Below, piece after piece: positions 19,090 to 27,396 of a stretch of 27,396 nucleotides of DNA. The position numbers and the translations under genes were made by a program. The notes beneath the pieces were generated by a model, which was not told the DNA's origin, ran no database searches, and worked only from the letters and a program-made list of their open reading frames with translations. The stretch is taken from IMG/VR virus record IMGVR_UViG_2541047887_000006. The stretch is one strand, 5' to 3'. The DNA is from a virus. Lineage: Duplodnaviria; Heunggongvirae; Uroviricota; Caudoviricetes. Position 1 is the first letter of the stretch; every line of letters starts with the position of its first letter.

Positions 19090-19192
19090 CGACTGACCCC
19101 GTCAGCGGGCGGCGTGCGCGGTGTTCCGGTTTGACTCCGTGACCGTTTACACCGCGCACCCACCGCCCGATTTTTTTTCAGGAGTGAACTCC

Positions 19193-19687
19193 ATGAGTAT
19201 GGTTGCCAGAACTGAACCAGGACCCGCAGAGGACGACATCACCGATACCGATGATGGCGACACTCGCATTTCAGCAGGTGCATTCTGGCCGGATATTGTG
19301 CTGCGCGAGCTGCGTCTGGCGGTACGACTGCCGGGCCGCGTGACCACCTCCCGCCTGCTGCATACCGCCACTGGGGCCGTGGCTCACGTTACCCGCGAAC
19401 TGGAAGCGTGGCAGCAGGAACAGCAGGCGGCTGGCCATCAGACGCTGGCCGATGTTCCGGCACCCGTAATTAACGGAGAAAGCGTCAATCTCTGGCACTG
19501 GCGCAATGCTGTTTATACCGCCACACGTGCCCTGATTCTGGAGCGTTACCGCGATGCGGACACAACGGACAAGGGCGATCGCCGGGCGGACGCACTGGAT
19601 ATACAGACATCGGATTTGTGGCGTGATGTGAGCTGGGCCATCTCTGACATTCTGTGCCGCCCGCGAATCTTTGCGGAGTTGTGCTGA
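19193..19687 (+). CDS. L: Head completion / stabilisation protein
   Basis: ATG 19193 with GGAG 8 nt upstream. Matches P2 gpL (GAFWPD, RVTTSRL, GESV, ILERYRD). Track ORF starts at GTG 19121. Confidence 0.85.
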   Translation: MSMVARTEPGPAEDDITDTDDGDTRISAGAFWPDIVLRELRLAVRLPGRVTTSRLLHTATGAVAHVTRELEAWQQEQQAAGHQTLADVPAPVINGESVNLWHWRNAVYTATRALILERYRDADTTDKGDRRADALDIQTSDLWRDVSWAISDILCRPRIFAELC

Positions 19688-19887
19688 TGAAAGTGAAGGC
19701 ACTGGAAGACGACACCGTGGATTCGCTCTGTTTCCGGTACTACGGCACGACGCAGGGCGTCACCGAAAAGGTGCTGGATGCCAACCCCGGACTCTGTCAG
19801 CAGGTATTTCTGGACGCCGGGCAGGAAGTGGAGATGCCGGAGCCGGAGAAGAAGAAACGAGAAATGATTCAGTTGTGGGGGGAGTAG
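19687..19887 (+). CDS. X: Tail protein X
   Basis: 66 aa; ATG overlaps the L stop. Similar to P2 gpX (GDT.D..C.RYYG.T.GV.E.VL.ANPGL). Confidence 0.85.
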   Translation: MKVKALEDDTVDSLCFRYYGTTQGVTEKVLDANPGLCQQVFLDAGQEVEMPEPEKKKREMIQLWGE

Positions 19888-19889
19888 CA

Positions 19890-20213
19890 GTGAGCACCAT
19901 TCAAACAGGGATCACAGAGCAGGTTATTGCGTGGCTCTTTGACCACCTGCCAACGGTTTATGCAGTAGGCGCGGCGGTCAGCATTTCCGCGCTGATGAGT
20001 CTTTATGACGGACGAACACTGGTTCAGACCGTAACGGGATCGCTGGCGTGCGGCGTTCTTGCCATGGCCGTGGCCGGGTCGTTGCGCTTCTTCGGGTTTC
20101 CTGAAGATGCCGTAACGTTTATCGGCGCATCAATCGGTTTTATGGGGGCAGAGAAAGTACGCGACAAGGTTATTGCGGCCTTTAATCGCAGGGTGAAGGA
20201 GAAGGACGAATGA
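19890..20213 (+). CDS. Putative holin (possible dual start; internal ATG at 19995 would give a 72-aa two-TM form)
   Basis: GTG 19890 directly after X with GGGGGGAG RBS. Hydrophobic segments followed by a charged C-terminal tail (KVRDKVIAAFNRRVKEKDE). Directly precedes the endolysin. Confidence 0.6.
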   Translation: MSTIQTGITEQVIAWLFDHLPTVYAVGAAVSISALMSLYDGRTLVQTVTGSLACGVLAMAVAGSLRFFGFPEDAVTFIGASIGFMGAEKVRDKVIAAFNRRVKEKDE

Positions 20214-20602
20214 GCAACACATTTAAATTCAGCAGCCGGAGCGAAAAGAATTTGCAGGGCGTAAATCCTGATCTGGTGAAAGTGACCCGACGGGCACTGG
20301 AAATTTCGGAAGTGGATTTTGGTATCACCGAAGGATTGCGCAGTCGTTATCGTCAGAAGCAGCTCGTGACCACAGGCAAGAGCCAGACCATGAACAGTCG
20401 CCATCTCACAGGGCATGCCGTGGATGTTGTGGCTTATGTCGGCAACCAGGTGTCATGGGAATGGCCGCTGTACGAAAAAATCGCAGCAGCATTCAGACAG
20501 GCCAGCCAGGAACTGAATATTCCGGTGGAATGGGGCGGCGACTGGAAGCCCCTGAAAGACGGACCGCATTTTCAGTTACCACACGGAGCCTATCCGGCAT
20601 GA
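20210..20602 (+). CDS. Endolysin, peptidase M15 family (L-alanyl-D-glutamate endopeptidase, T5-endolysin-like)
   Basis: 130 aa. Metal-binding pattern HLTGHAVDV and C-terminal His. ATG overlaps the holin stop (ATGA). Confidence 0.8.
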   Translation: MSNTFKFSSRSEKNLQGVNPDLVKVTRRALEISEVDFGITEGLRSRYRQKQLVTTGKSQTMNSRHLTGHAVDVVAYVGNQVSWEWPLYEKIAAAFRQASQELNIPVEWGGDWKPLKDGPHFQLPHGAYPA

Positions 20603-21006
20603 AGCTCTGGCCCACGCTTGGCGTCGCTTTCCTTCTGATTGCCGCATGGGGAACATCCATGCGTCTGTCGTGGTCGCTGGGCCGGGAGAACGCCAGAAAC
20701 GAAGCGCAGGCCAGCACCCTGAAAAGTACCGTCGACACACTGAATATCATCAGCGCCGGGGTACAGGATATGCAGCAGGTGCTGGCTCAGCTCCGCGCGG
20801 AAAATCAGCAACGCAATCAGGACGGAGAGGTAAGACGTGAACAGCTACGCAACGATATTGCAAAAGATGAATGCGCCCACGCTTTGCCTGACGCTCGTTT
20901 TACTGACAGGTTGCGCAGGCACGCAGAACGCGCCAGGGCCAGCGCCGTCAGTCCGGCTTATACCGCAGACGCTGACCATGCCGGTAACGCCCCCCCCCTT
21001 CCCTGA
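20599..21006 (+). CDS. i-spanin (Rz / LysB-like)
   Basis: ATG overlaps the endolysin stop. N-terminal TM (LWPTLGVAFLLIAAWG) then coiled coil. Confidence 0.75.
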   Translation: MKLWPTLGVAFLLIAAWGTSMRLSWSLGRENARNEAQASTLKSTVDTLNIISAGVQDMQQVLAQLRAENQQRNQDGEVRREQLRNDIAKDECAHALPDARFTDRLRRHAERARASAVSPAYTADADHAGNAPPLP

Positions 21007-21148
21007 CCCACCCACATGGGGAAACCTCGGAATATGGGGCGACCGCCTTCTGGATGCACTGGAAACCTGTAACGCGGATAAACGGGCCATTGCTGAACTG
21101 GATAAGAGAATAGCCGAACTGACACACCAGACGGGAGTAACACAATGA
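20867..21148 (+). CDS. o-spanin lipoprotein (Rz1 / LysC-like), overlapping the 3' end of the i-spanin in another frame
   Basis: Lipobox LLTGC and Pro-rich mature region. Alternative GTG start at 20837. Confidence 0.7.
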   Translation: MNAPTLCLTLVLLTGCAGTQNAPGPAPSVRLIPQTLTMPVTPPPFPDPPTWGNLGIWGDRLLDALETCNADKRAIAELDKRIAELTHQTGVTQ

Positions 21149-23024
21149 CCAGTAAGAACTTTGCACTGATTACAGCCATGACACAGGCTGAACTGACTCA
21201 AAAGGTGAATGAACATCTTGCGAAAGGGTGGCATCTTCAGGGGGAGACGCGGGTTGCCTACGAACCCGGCACCCCGTGGTATCTAATGCAGGCAATGGTG
21301 GCCGATGGCACTACAGACATCTCACCTGATTCCCCCCAGCACGGCAGCGTGCCGGAGTGGTATTACGTGGTGGTACTTGCTGGTCAATCCAATGCCATGT
21401 CATATGGTGATGGAATGCCGCTGCCGGATTCTTACGATGCGCCCCACCCACGCATTAAGCAACTGGCCCGTCGCAACACAGTGACTCCCGGTGGTAAAGC
21501 ATGCGCATTTAACGACATCATTCCGGCAGACCACTGCCTGCATGATGTTCAGGATATGAGCGCACTGAATCATCCGAAGGCAGACCTGAGCAAAGGGCAG
21601 TACGGCTGTGTCGGCCAGGGCTTACATATTGCCAAAAAACTGCTTCCGTATATCCCGAATAACGCGGGGATCCTGCTGGTACCATGCTGTCGTGGTGGTT
21701 CGGCATTCACCCAGGGCGCGGAGGGGACATTCAGTGCGGACACGGGGCCAGCCAGGATTCGGCACGCTGGGGTGTGGGTAAACCGTTATACCAGGACCTG
21801 ATCGCACGCACCAAAGCGGCATTACAGAAGAACCCGAAAAATGTGTTGCTGGCGGTGTGCTGGATGCAGGGCGAATTTGACATGAGCGCTGCCACCTACG
21901 CACAGCAACCGGACCTGTTCACGGCCATGCTGAAGCAGTTCCGTACTGACCTTTCCGGATTTAACGCGCAGTGCCATGGCGGCAGTGCTGCAGTTGTACC
22001 GTGGATTTGTGGCGACACGACGTATTACTGGAAAAACACATACGGCACACAGTATGACTCCGTCTACGGCGCGTACAAAAACAGGGAGAGCGACAACGTT
22101 TTCTTTGTGCCGTTCATGACCGACGGTAACGGCAACAACACGCCCACCAACTTACCGGCAGAAGACCCGGATATTGCTGATGCAGGTTATTACGGCGCGC
22201 AATCCCGTAGTAATGGTAATTGGGTATCGTCAAATCGCCCGACACATTTCAGTTCATGGGCGCGCAGGGGCATTATTTCGGATCGCCTGGCAACCGCTAT
22301 TCTGAACGCAGTTGGTCGAACCAGCGCCTTCATCAGCGGTACCGCACCGGAGATTAAACCCTCGCCCGGCGGCGACACTCCATCGGGGCCGTCTGATGGT
22401 GACACATCCGTTCGTACAGTCTCCCTGCTGCCGACAGCCGGAGAGGCTGCTGCGCAGGGCTGGACCATCACCGGCGGCAGTGTTGCGCTGGAAGATGGTG
22501 TGTTTAAGGTTACCAAGCAGAGCAATAAAACCTGGTCCCTGATGCATCCGGTGGATGACGCAGTCTCCCTGCTGACACGGGGTGGCAGACTGAGCTGTAA
22601 GTTTCGACTGTCAGGCGCACTGACCAACAACCAGTTCGGTCTGGGAATTTATCTGTATACCGATGTAGCGTTACCTGACGTCGTGGCGATGACCGGGACT
22701 GGTAACCCGTTCCTGATGTCGTTCTTCACCCAGACCACAGACGGCAAACTGAATCTGATGCATCACAAGAAAGCCGGAAACACAAAGTTGGGCGAGTTCG
22801 GGAATTACAGTAACGACTGGCAGACGCTGGAGCTGGTGTTCACCGCCGGCAGTGCCACGGTTACTCCGAAACTGAATGGAGTGGCTGGACCGGCATTCCA
22901 GGTCATAAAAGACAGTCTGACACTGGGGCTGAATGCACTGACGCTGACGGATATTACCAAAAATGCAACGTATGGCGTCGATATCGGCAGCCTGGTGCTG
23001 GAAATCAATAATCCCGCAGCATAA
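21145..23024 (+). pseudogene. NanS-p-like sialate O-acetylesterase (DUF1737-like N-terminus, SGNH/GQSN esterase, C-terminal lectin-like domain), split by a frameshift
   Basis: Track ORFs 21145..21801 and 21684..23024 overlap in different frames. GQSN motif VVVLAGQSNAMSYGDG. Frame switch maps to the G4 run at 21744-21747; one extra G would read ...SADTG-ASQDSARWGVGKPLYQDLI... Confidence 0.6.
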
Positions 23025-23047
23025 GGAAGAGCAGGAGAGCAAAACAG

Positions 23048-23515
23048 ATGTTTAAGACAAACAGTCTGCGAGAGTCCATGCTTCATGGGTGTCGGTGGTG
23101 CCAGGCTAATCCCGAGAAATTCACCATTTTCGTGGAGAGCGGCAACATTGAAACGACCGGGGAAACGCCCTCGTTTGTTTACCGCTATCAGATGGTGATG
23201 TTTGTCATGGATTACGCCGGAGAGCTGGACGACCTCACGCTGCCGCTGCTGGCGTGGTTATCCGAAAATCAGCCACAGTTGTTGCTCAACCCTGAGCGTA
23301 ATCAGGACATCAAATTCTCCGCCGTTATCAATGACGATGACAGCGCCGATCTCCTGTTTACGCTCCCCCTGCGGGAACGCGTTCGCATTACGCGCAACAG
23401 TCAGGGGACACCGCAGGCAGAACACCTGCAGGAGCCAAAACCCCGTCTGCCCTCTTCCGAAGGCGACTGGTCGCATGTATTCCAGGATGTGACGTGGGGT
23501 GAAAGCGATGGATAA
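23048..23515 (+). CDS. R: Tail completion protein
   Basis: 155 aa, similar to P2 gpR (P.LAWL.ENQP). Confidence 0.8.
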   Translation: MFKTNSLRESMLHGCRWCQANPEKFTIFVESGNIETTGETPSFVYRYQMVMFVMDYAGELDDLTLPLLAWLSENQPQLLLNPERNQDIKFSAVINDDDSADLLFTLPLRERVRITRNSQGTPQAEHLQEPKPRLPSSEGDWSHVFQDVTWGESDG

Positions 23516-24143
23516 AGCATTCACCCGCGTGGATGAAACCTTTGAGGCCATCCGCGACAGCCTGAATCAGCAGGCCATCAATAACATCGCCAGAAAGCTG
23601 GCACAGGATTTACGCCGCGCCCAGCAGGCGCGTATCCGGTCACAGAAAGCGCCGGACGGGACCGCATGGACACCACGCAGACGCCGCGTAACCCGGATAC
23701 AGGAACGTATTCGCTTTATCTGGAATAACGAAGCACGCACGCTGAAAAACTGGCATCACGACACGGGGAAATACGGGCGAACCATTACCGGGTGGGATGA
23801 GGATAAAAACAATATCCGCACGTTTTACCGGGATGACATCGACCGTTTTCTGGAAATACGCACCCGGCGCATCAACCAGGACAGCACCAGGCGCGTCCCC
23901 ATGTTCGTAAAACTGCGCACCGCCCGCTACCTGAAAGCCCGTGCAGATGCTTCCGGTGTGACGGTGGGTTACAGCGGCGTGGCCGCACGTATTGCACGCG
24001 TTCATCAGTTCGGTGAGCGCGATCAGGTTGCGCCGGGCATTTTCACCGATTACCCGGTACGTGAGCTGCTGGGTATCAGCCAGGCAGATGAGCGCCTGAT
24101 TTATAACACGGTGCTGGGCCGGATTGCGGAGGCTGTACGGTGA
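23508..24143 (+). CDS. S: Virion morphogenesis / tail completion protein (gpS-like)
   Basis: Position between R and V. ATG 23508 (track ORF starts at GTG 23499). Confidence 0.65.
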   Translation: MDKAFTRVDETFEAIRDSLNQQAINNIARKLAQDLRRAQQARIRSQKAPDGTAWTPRRRRVTRIQERIRFIWNNEARTLKNWHHDTGKYGRTITGWDEDKNNIRTFYRDDIDRFLEIRTRRINQDSTRRVPMFVKLRTARYLKARADASGVTVGYSGVAARIARVHQFGERDQVAPGIFTDYPVRELLGISQADERLIYNTVLGRIAEAVR

Positions 24144-24721
24144 GCGCAGAACTCATGCGACTGCTGAGCAACATCATCCGCACCGGGATCATCTCTGAAG
24201 TTGATGAGAAGTCCTGGCGCGTGCGCGTTCGCAGCGGCGAACTGGAAACAGGCTGGCTGCGCTGGAACACCACGCGCGCGGGAGCCTTCAATGTGTGGCT
24301 GCCGCCATCACCAGGCGAACAGGTGGTAATTGCCTGCATTGGCGGCAACCCGGAAACCGCCATGATAATTGGCAGCCTGTGGAGTGATGCCAGTCCGGCC
24401 CCCGGCAAAAGCCTGAAAGAAATCGTGGTCAGCGCGCCGGATGGCGCGGTGTTCCGCTACGACGCGGACGCAGGCGCACTGAGCGCCAGCGGCATGAAAA
24501 CGGCCACCCTGCAGGCATCCGTCAGCGTGACACTGGATACGCCCGTCGTGGAATGCACAAACCTTCTGAAAACAGCCGAGATTGACGTCACAAAAGGGGG
24601 AAAGATGAGCGGCAATATCACGCACAGCGGCGGCGATTTCACCTCAAACGGCATCACAGTGCATACGCATAAGCACGGTGGCGTTAAAGGTGGCAGCGAT
24701 TCGACAGGAGGCCCGCAGTGA
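24140..24721 (+). CDS. V: Baseplate spike / assembly protein
   Basis: GTG 24140 with GGAGG 7 nt upstream. Matches P2 gpV (IRTGII, VTLDTPVVECTN, HTHKH). Confidence 0.88.
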   Translation: MSAELMRLLSNIIRTGIISEVDEKSWRVRVRSGELETGWLRWNTTRAGAFNVWLPPSPGEQVVIACIGGNPETAMIIGSLWSDASPAPGKSLKEIVVSAPDGAVFRYDADAGALSASGMKTATLQASVSVTLDTPVVECTNLLKTAEIDVTKGGKMSGNITHSGGDFTSNGITVHTHKHGGVKGGSDSTGGPQ

Positions 24722-25068
24722 CAACCCGCTACACAGGAATGAACCCGGACGGAACGGGAAACCTGAACGATATGGAGCACCTGAAACAGTCAGTCAGGGA
24801 CATCCTGACCACCCCGCTGGCAAGCCGGGTTATGCGACGGGAATATGGCAGCCTTGTGCCTGATTTGATTGACGAACCCATGAATAACACCACGCGTCTG
24901 CAATGCATGAGTGCTGCCGTGATTGCGCTGACACGATGGGAACCCCGCATTGCCCTGGATGCCATCGACGTTGTCTGGAAAGCGGGAGGCCGCGCCGGGG
25001 TGACGCTGTCGGGCACTGTCATGCAGACCATGCAGAATGTTGAGTTAACCATCACGCTGAGGGAGTAA
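24718..25068 (+). CDS. W: Baseplate wedge protein (GPW/gp25 family)
   Basis: GTG 24718 with GGAGG upstream. MTTRYTGMN... matches the P2 gpW N-terminus MTARYLGMN, and SRVMRREYGSL matches. Confidence 0.88.
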   Translation: MTTRYTGMNPDGTGNLNDMEHLKQSVRDILTTPLASRVMRREYGSLVPDLIDEPMNNTTRLQCMSAAVIALTRWEPRIALDAIDVVWKAGGRAGVTLSGTVMQTMQNVELTITLRE

Positions 25069-25071
25069 ATC

Positions 25072-25968
25072 ATGCCTGCTGTTGACCTTTCCCAGTTACC
25101 GGAACCCGCCATCATCGCGAAGCCTGATTTTGAGGCAATTCTGGCTGACACAAAGGCCATGATGATTGCGTCCTATCCTGCCGAACAGCGTGAAGCCGTC
25201 TCCGCCGCGCTGGAGCTGGAATCGGAACCCCTGAACGTTATCGCCCAGACAACAGCGTTTCGTGAAATGCTGTTACGCCAGCGGGTCAATGAGGGTGCAC
25301 GCGCCTGCATGTTAAGCCACAGCGCCGGGACAGACCTGGACAACCTCGCGGGCAATATGAACACAAAGCGCCTGGTTATCACTCCGGCAACGGATACCAC
25401 CGACGCGGTGATGGAAAGCGACACATCACTGAGACTGCGGGCGCAACGGGCGTATGACGGTCTGAGTGTTGCTGGCCCGTCAGGCGCATACGAGTATTTT
25501 GCACGCAGCGCCAGCGGTCTGGTACGCGACGCGCGAGCCATCAGCCCGTCTCCGGCCAACGTGACGGTTTCCATCCTGTCCACTGAAGGCGACGGCACAG
25601 CAACGGAGGCGTTGCTTAATACCGTTCGCGCCGTTCTGAATGCAGAGGATACCCGCCCGGTGGCCGACCGCCTGACCGTACAGAGCGCCAGAATCGTGAC
25701 ATGGCGGCTGAATGCAAAACTGTACTTTTACCCCGGCCCGGAATCCGAACCTATTCTGGCCGCGGCTGAATCGTCGTTCAGGAAGTGGCTGGCTGAGCAG
25801 GGGCTTATCGGTCAGGACGTGGCGTTGTCCGCCATTGCTGCCGCACTGCATGTGCACGGTGTGCAACGCGTGGAGATAATCGAACCCACACAGAATATGG
25901 CCATCAGCGACATACAGGCGGCGCGCTGTGAGTCATTCACCATCAGCGAAGGTGGACGCAATGAGTAA
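25072..25968 (+). CDS. J: Baseplate assembly protein
   Basis: 298 aa, strong similarity to P2 gpJ (LESEPL, RQRVNE, GLSVAG, RPVADR.TVQSA, YPGPESEPI, HV.GVQRVE). Confidence 0.92.
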   Translation: MPAVDLSQLPEPAIIAKPDFEAILADTKAMMIASYPAEQREAVSAALELESEPLNVIAQTTAFREMLLRQRVNEGARACMLSHSAGTDLDNLAGNMNTKRLVITPATDTTDAVMESDTSLRLRAQRAYDGLSVAGPSGAYEYFARSASGLVRDARAISPSPANVTVSILSTEGDGTATEALLNTVRAVLNAEDTRPVADRLTVQSARIVTWRLNAKLYFYPGPESEPILAAAESSFRKWLAEQGLIGQDVALSAIAAALHVHGVQRVEIIEPTQNMAISDIQAARCESFTISEGGRNE

Positions 25969-26569
25969 TTCGTTGTTACCACCATCAGCCAGCAATTTCA
26001 TGCGTTGTGCCGAAGCCGTCGGAACACGCATTACAGACATTCCGGTAGACCTCAACACGCTGTGGTCGCCGGACACCTGCCCGGTGCATCTGCTGCCTTA
26101 TCTCGCCTGGGCGTTTTCCGTTGACCGCTGGGATCGCAACTGGCCGGAAGAGACAAAGCGACAGGTGATTCGTGATGCATGGCTGATACACCGACACAAA
26201 GGGACCATCAGCGCACTGCGAAGAGCCGTGGAGCCTCTCGGCTACCTGATTGAAGTAAAGGAGTGGTGGCAACTCAACGAGGAGCCGGGAACATTTCGCA
26301 TTGTTGTCGGAGTACTTGATCAGGGCATCACCGATGAAATGTATCAGGAACTTGAGCGCCTTATTGCGGATGCAAAACCAGTAAGTCGCCATCTGACGGG
26401 GCTGGCGATCAGCCTGAGTGTGAACGGAAAGATTTTCGTTGGTACGGGATGCTATCACGGCGATGCCCTGACGGTTTATCCCTACACCCCGGAGTCCATT
26501 ATTGTCGAAGGGGATTATTTCCCTGCCCCGGCCATTCATTTAATTGATAATCTGAGAGTAAACGCATGA
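25961..26569 (+). CDS. I: Tail protein I
   Basis: ATG 25961. Similar to P2 gpI (LLPWLAWAFSVDRWD, VIRDA, HKGTI, VEPLGYLI, ERLIADAKP.SRHL). Confidence 0.9.
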   Translation: MSNSLLPPSASNFMRCAEAVGTRITDIPVDLNTLWSPDTCPVHLLPYLAWAFSVDRWDRNWPEETKRQVIRDAWLIHRHKGTISALRRAVEPLGYLIEVKEWWQLNEEPGTFRIVVGVLDQGITDEMYQELERLIADAKPVSRHLTGLAISLSVNGKIFVGTGCYHGDALTVYPYTPESIIVEGDYFPAPAIHLIDNLRVNA

Positions 26570-27396
26570 CAGTGAAATACTACGCCATTCTGACTAATCA
26601 GGGCGCGGCACGACTGGCTAACGCGACGATGCTCGGCAGTAAGCTGAATCTGACGCGAATGGCCGTTGGTGATGCAAATGGTGTGTTACCAACACCAGAC
26701 CCTGCACAAACAAAACTGATTAACCAGAAACGCATTGCACCGCTGAATCTTCTGAGTGTTGACCCTAACAATCAGAGCCAGATTATTGCGGAGCAAATCA
26801 TCCCTGAAAGCGAGGGAGGATTCTGGATCCGTGAGATTGGTCTTTATGATGATAAAGGTGTACTCATTGCGGTGGCAAACTGCCCGGAAACGTACAAACC
26901 GCAGTTGCAGGAAGGCAGTGGACGCACCCAGACTATCCGCATGATTCTGGTTGTCACGAACACCGAAGCCATCACGCTGAAAATCGACCCGTCTGTGGTT
27001 CTGGCAACCCGCAAATATGTGGATGATAAAATATCAGAGCACGAGCAGTCACGACGTCACCCGGACGCCTCGCTGACCGCAAAAGGCTTTGTTCAACTTA
27101 GCAGTGCCACGGACAGTCAATCAGAAACTGAGGCTGCCACGCCGAAGGCTGTGAAAATCGCGTATGATCTGGCCCGGGGAAAATACACAGCCCAGGATGC
27201 AACAACGACCCGTAAAGGGATCGTACAACTGAGCAGTGCCACCAACAGCACCTCTGAAACGCTGGCCGCCACACCAAAGGCCGTCAAGGCTGCATATAAC
27301 CTGGCTGCCGGCAAGGCGCCCGTCAGCCACACTCACCCGTGGAGTCAGATAACGGGAGTGCCTGCTGCCTCGCTGACGGCAAAAGGCACCGTACAA
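26566..27396 (+). CDS. H: Tail fiber protein, N-terminal 277 codons (3' end outside window)
   Basis: ATG overlaps the I stop (ATGA). Conserved P2 gpH N-terminal segments (GGFW.RE.GLYDD.G.LIAVAN, YVDDKI.EHEQSRRHPDASLTAKGF.QLSSAT) and tail-fiber repeats. Open to the window end. Confidence 0.9.
   Translation, partial: MTVKYYAILTNQGAARLANATMLGSKLNLTRMAVGDANGVLPTPDPAQTKLINQKRIAPLNLLSVDPNNQSQIIAEQIIPESEGGFWIREIGLYDDKGVLIAVANCPETYKPQLQEGSGRTQTIRMILVVTNTEAITLKIDPSVVLATRKYVDDKISEHEQSRRHPDASLTAKGFVQLSSATDSQSETEAATPKAVKIAYDLARGKYTAQDATTTRKGIVQLSSATNSTSETLAATPKAVKAAYNLAAGKAPVSHTHPWSQITGVPAASLTAKGTVQ

Noticed and set aside
27117-27396. Two minus-strand ORFs (71 and 91 aa) at the window end
   Set aside because: Antisense to the tail fiber H gene, which is strongly supported by homology and translational coupling to I.

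Overview
This window is the left arm of a P2-family prophage from an enterobacterium. Gene order is int - C repressor - cox-like - six small early ORFs - replication initiator A - accessory slot - cos-proximal region - Q/P (minus strand) - O N M L X - lysis cassette - R S V W J I - 5' part of tail fiber H (runs off the window). Three things stand out. (1) In the A-to-cos accessory slot sits a lower-GC two-gene operon: an AAA+ ATPase (373 aa) followed by a cytoplasmic subtilisin-like S8 peptidase (741 aa). This architecture matches the IetA/IetS antiphage pair as I recall it, but I cannot verify homology without a search, so it may equally be a distinct ATPase-protease system. A separate single-gene moron bracketed by hairpins lies between it and the portal gene. 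(2) Downstream of int, and overlapping its 3' end, is an AT-rich two-gene cassette. Its second gene encodes a coiled-coil protein with five 33-bp tandem repeats and a C-terminal membrane anchor, and is split by an intact IS911 (1250 bp, 3-bp GTT duplication). (3) The lysis module is not P2-like: holin, M15 peptidase endolysin, overlapping spanins, then a NanS-p-like esterase gene broken by a 1-nt frameshift in a G run. All functional calls are from motif and remembered-homolog recognition; no database search or computation was run.
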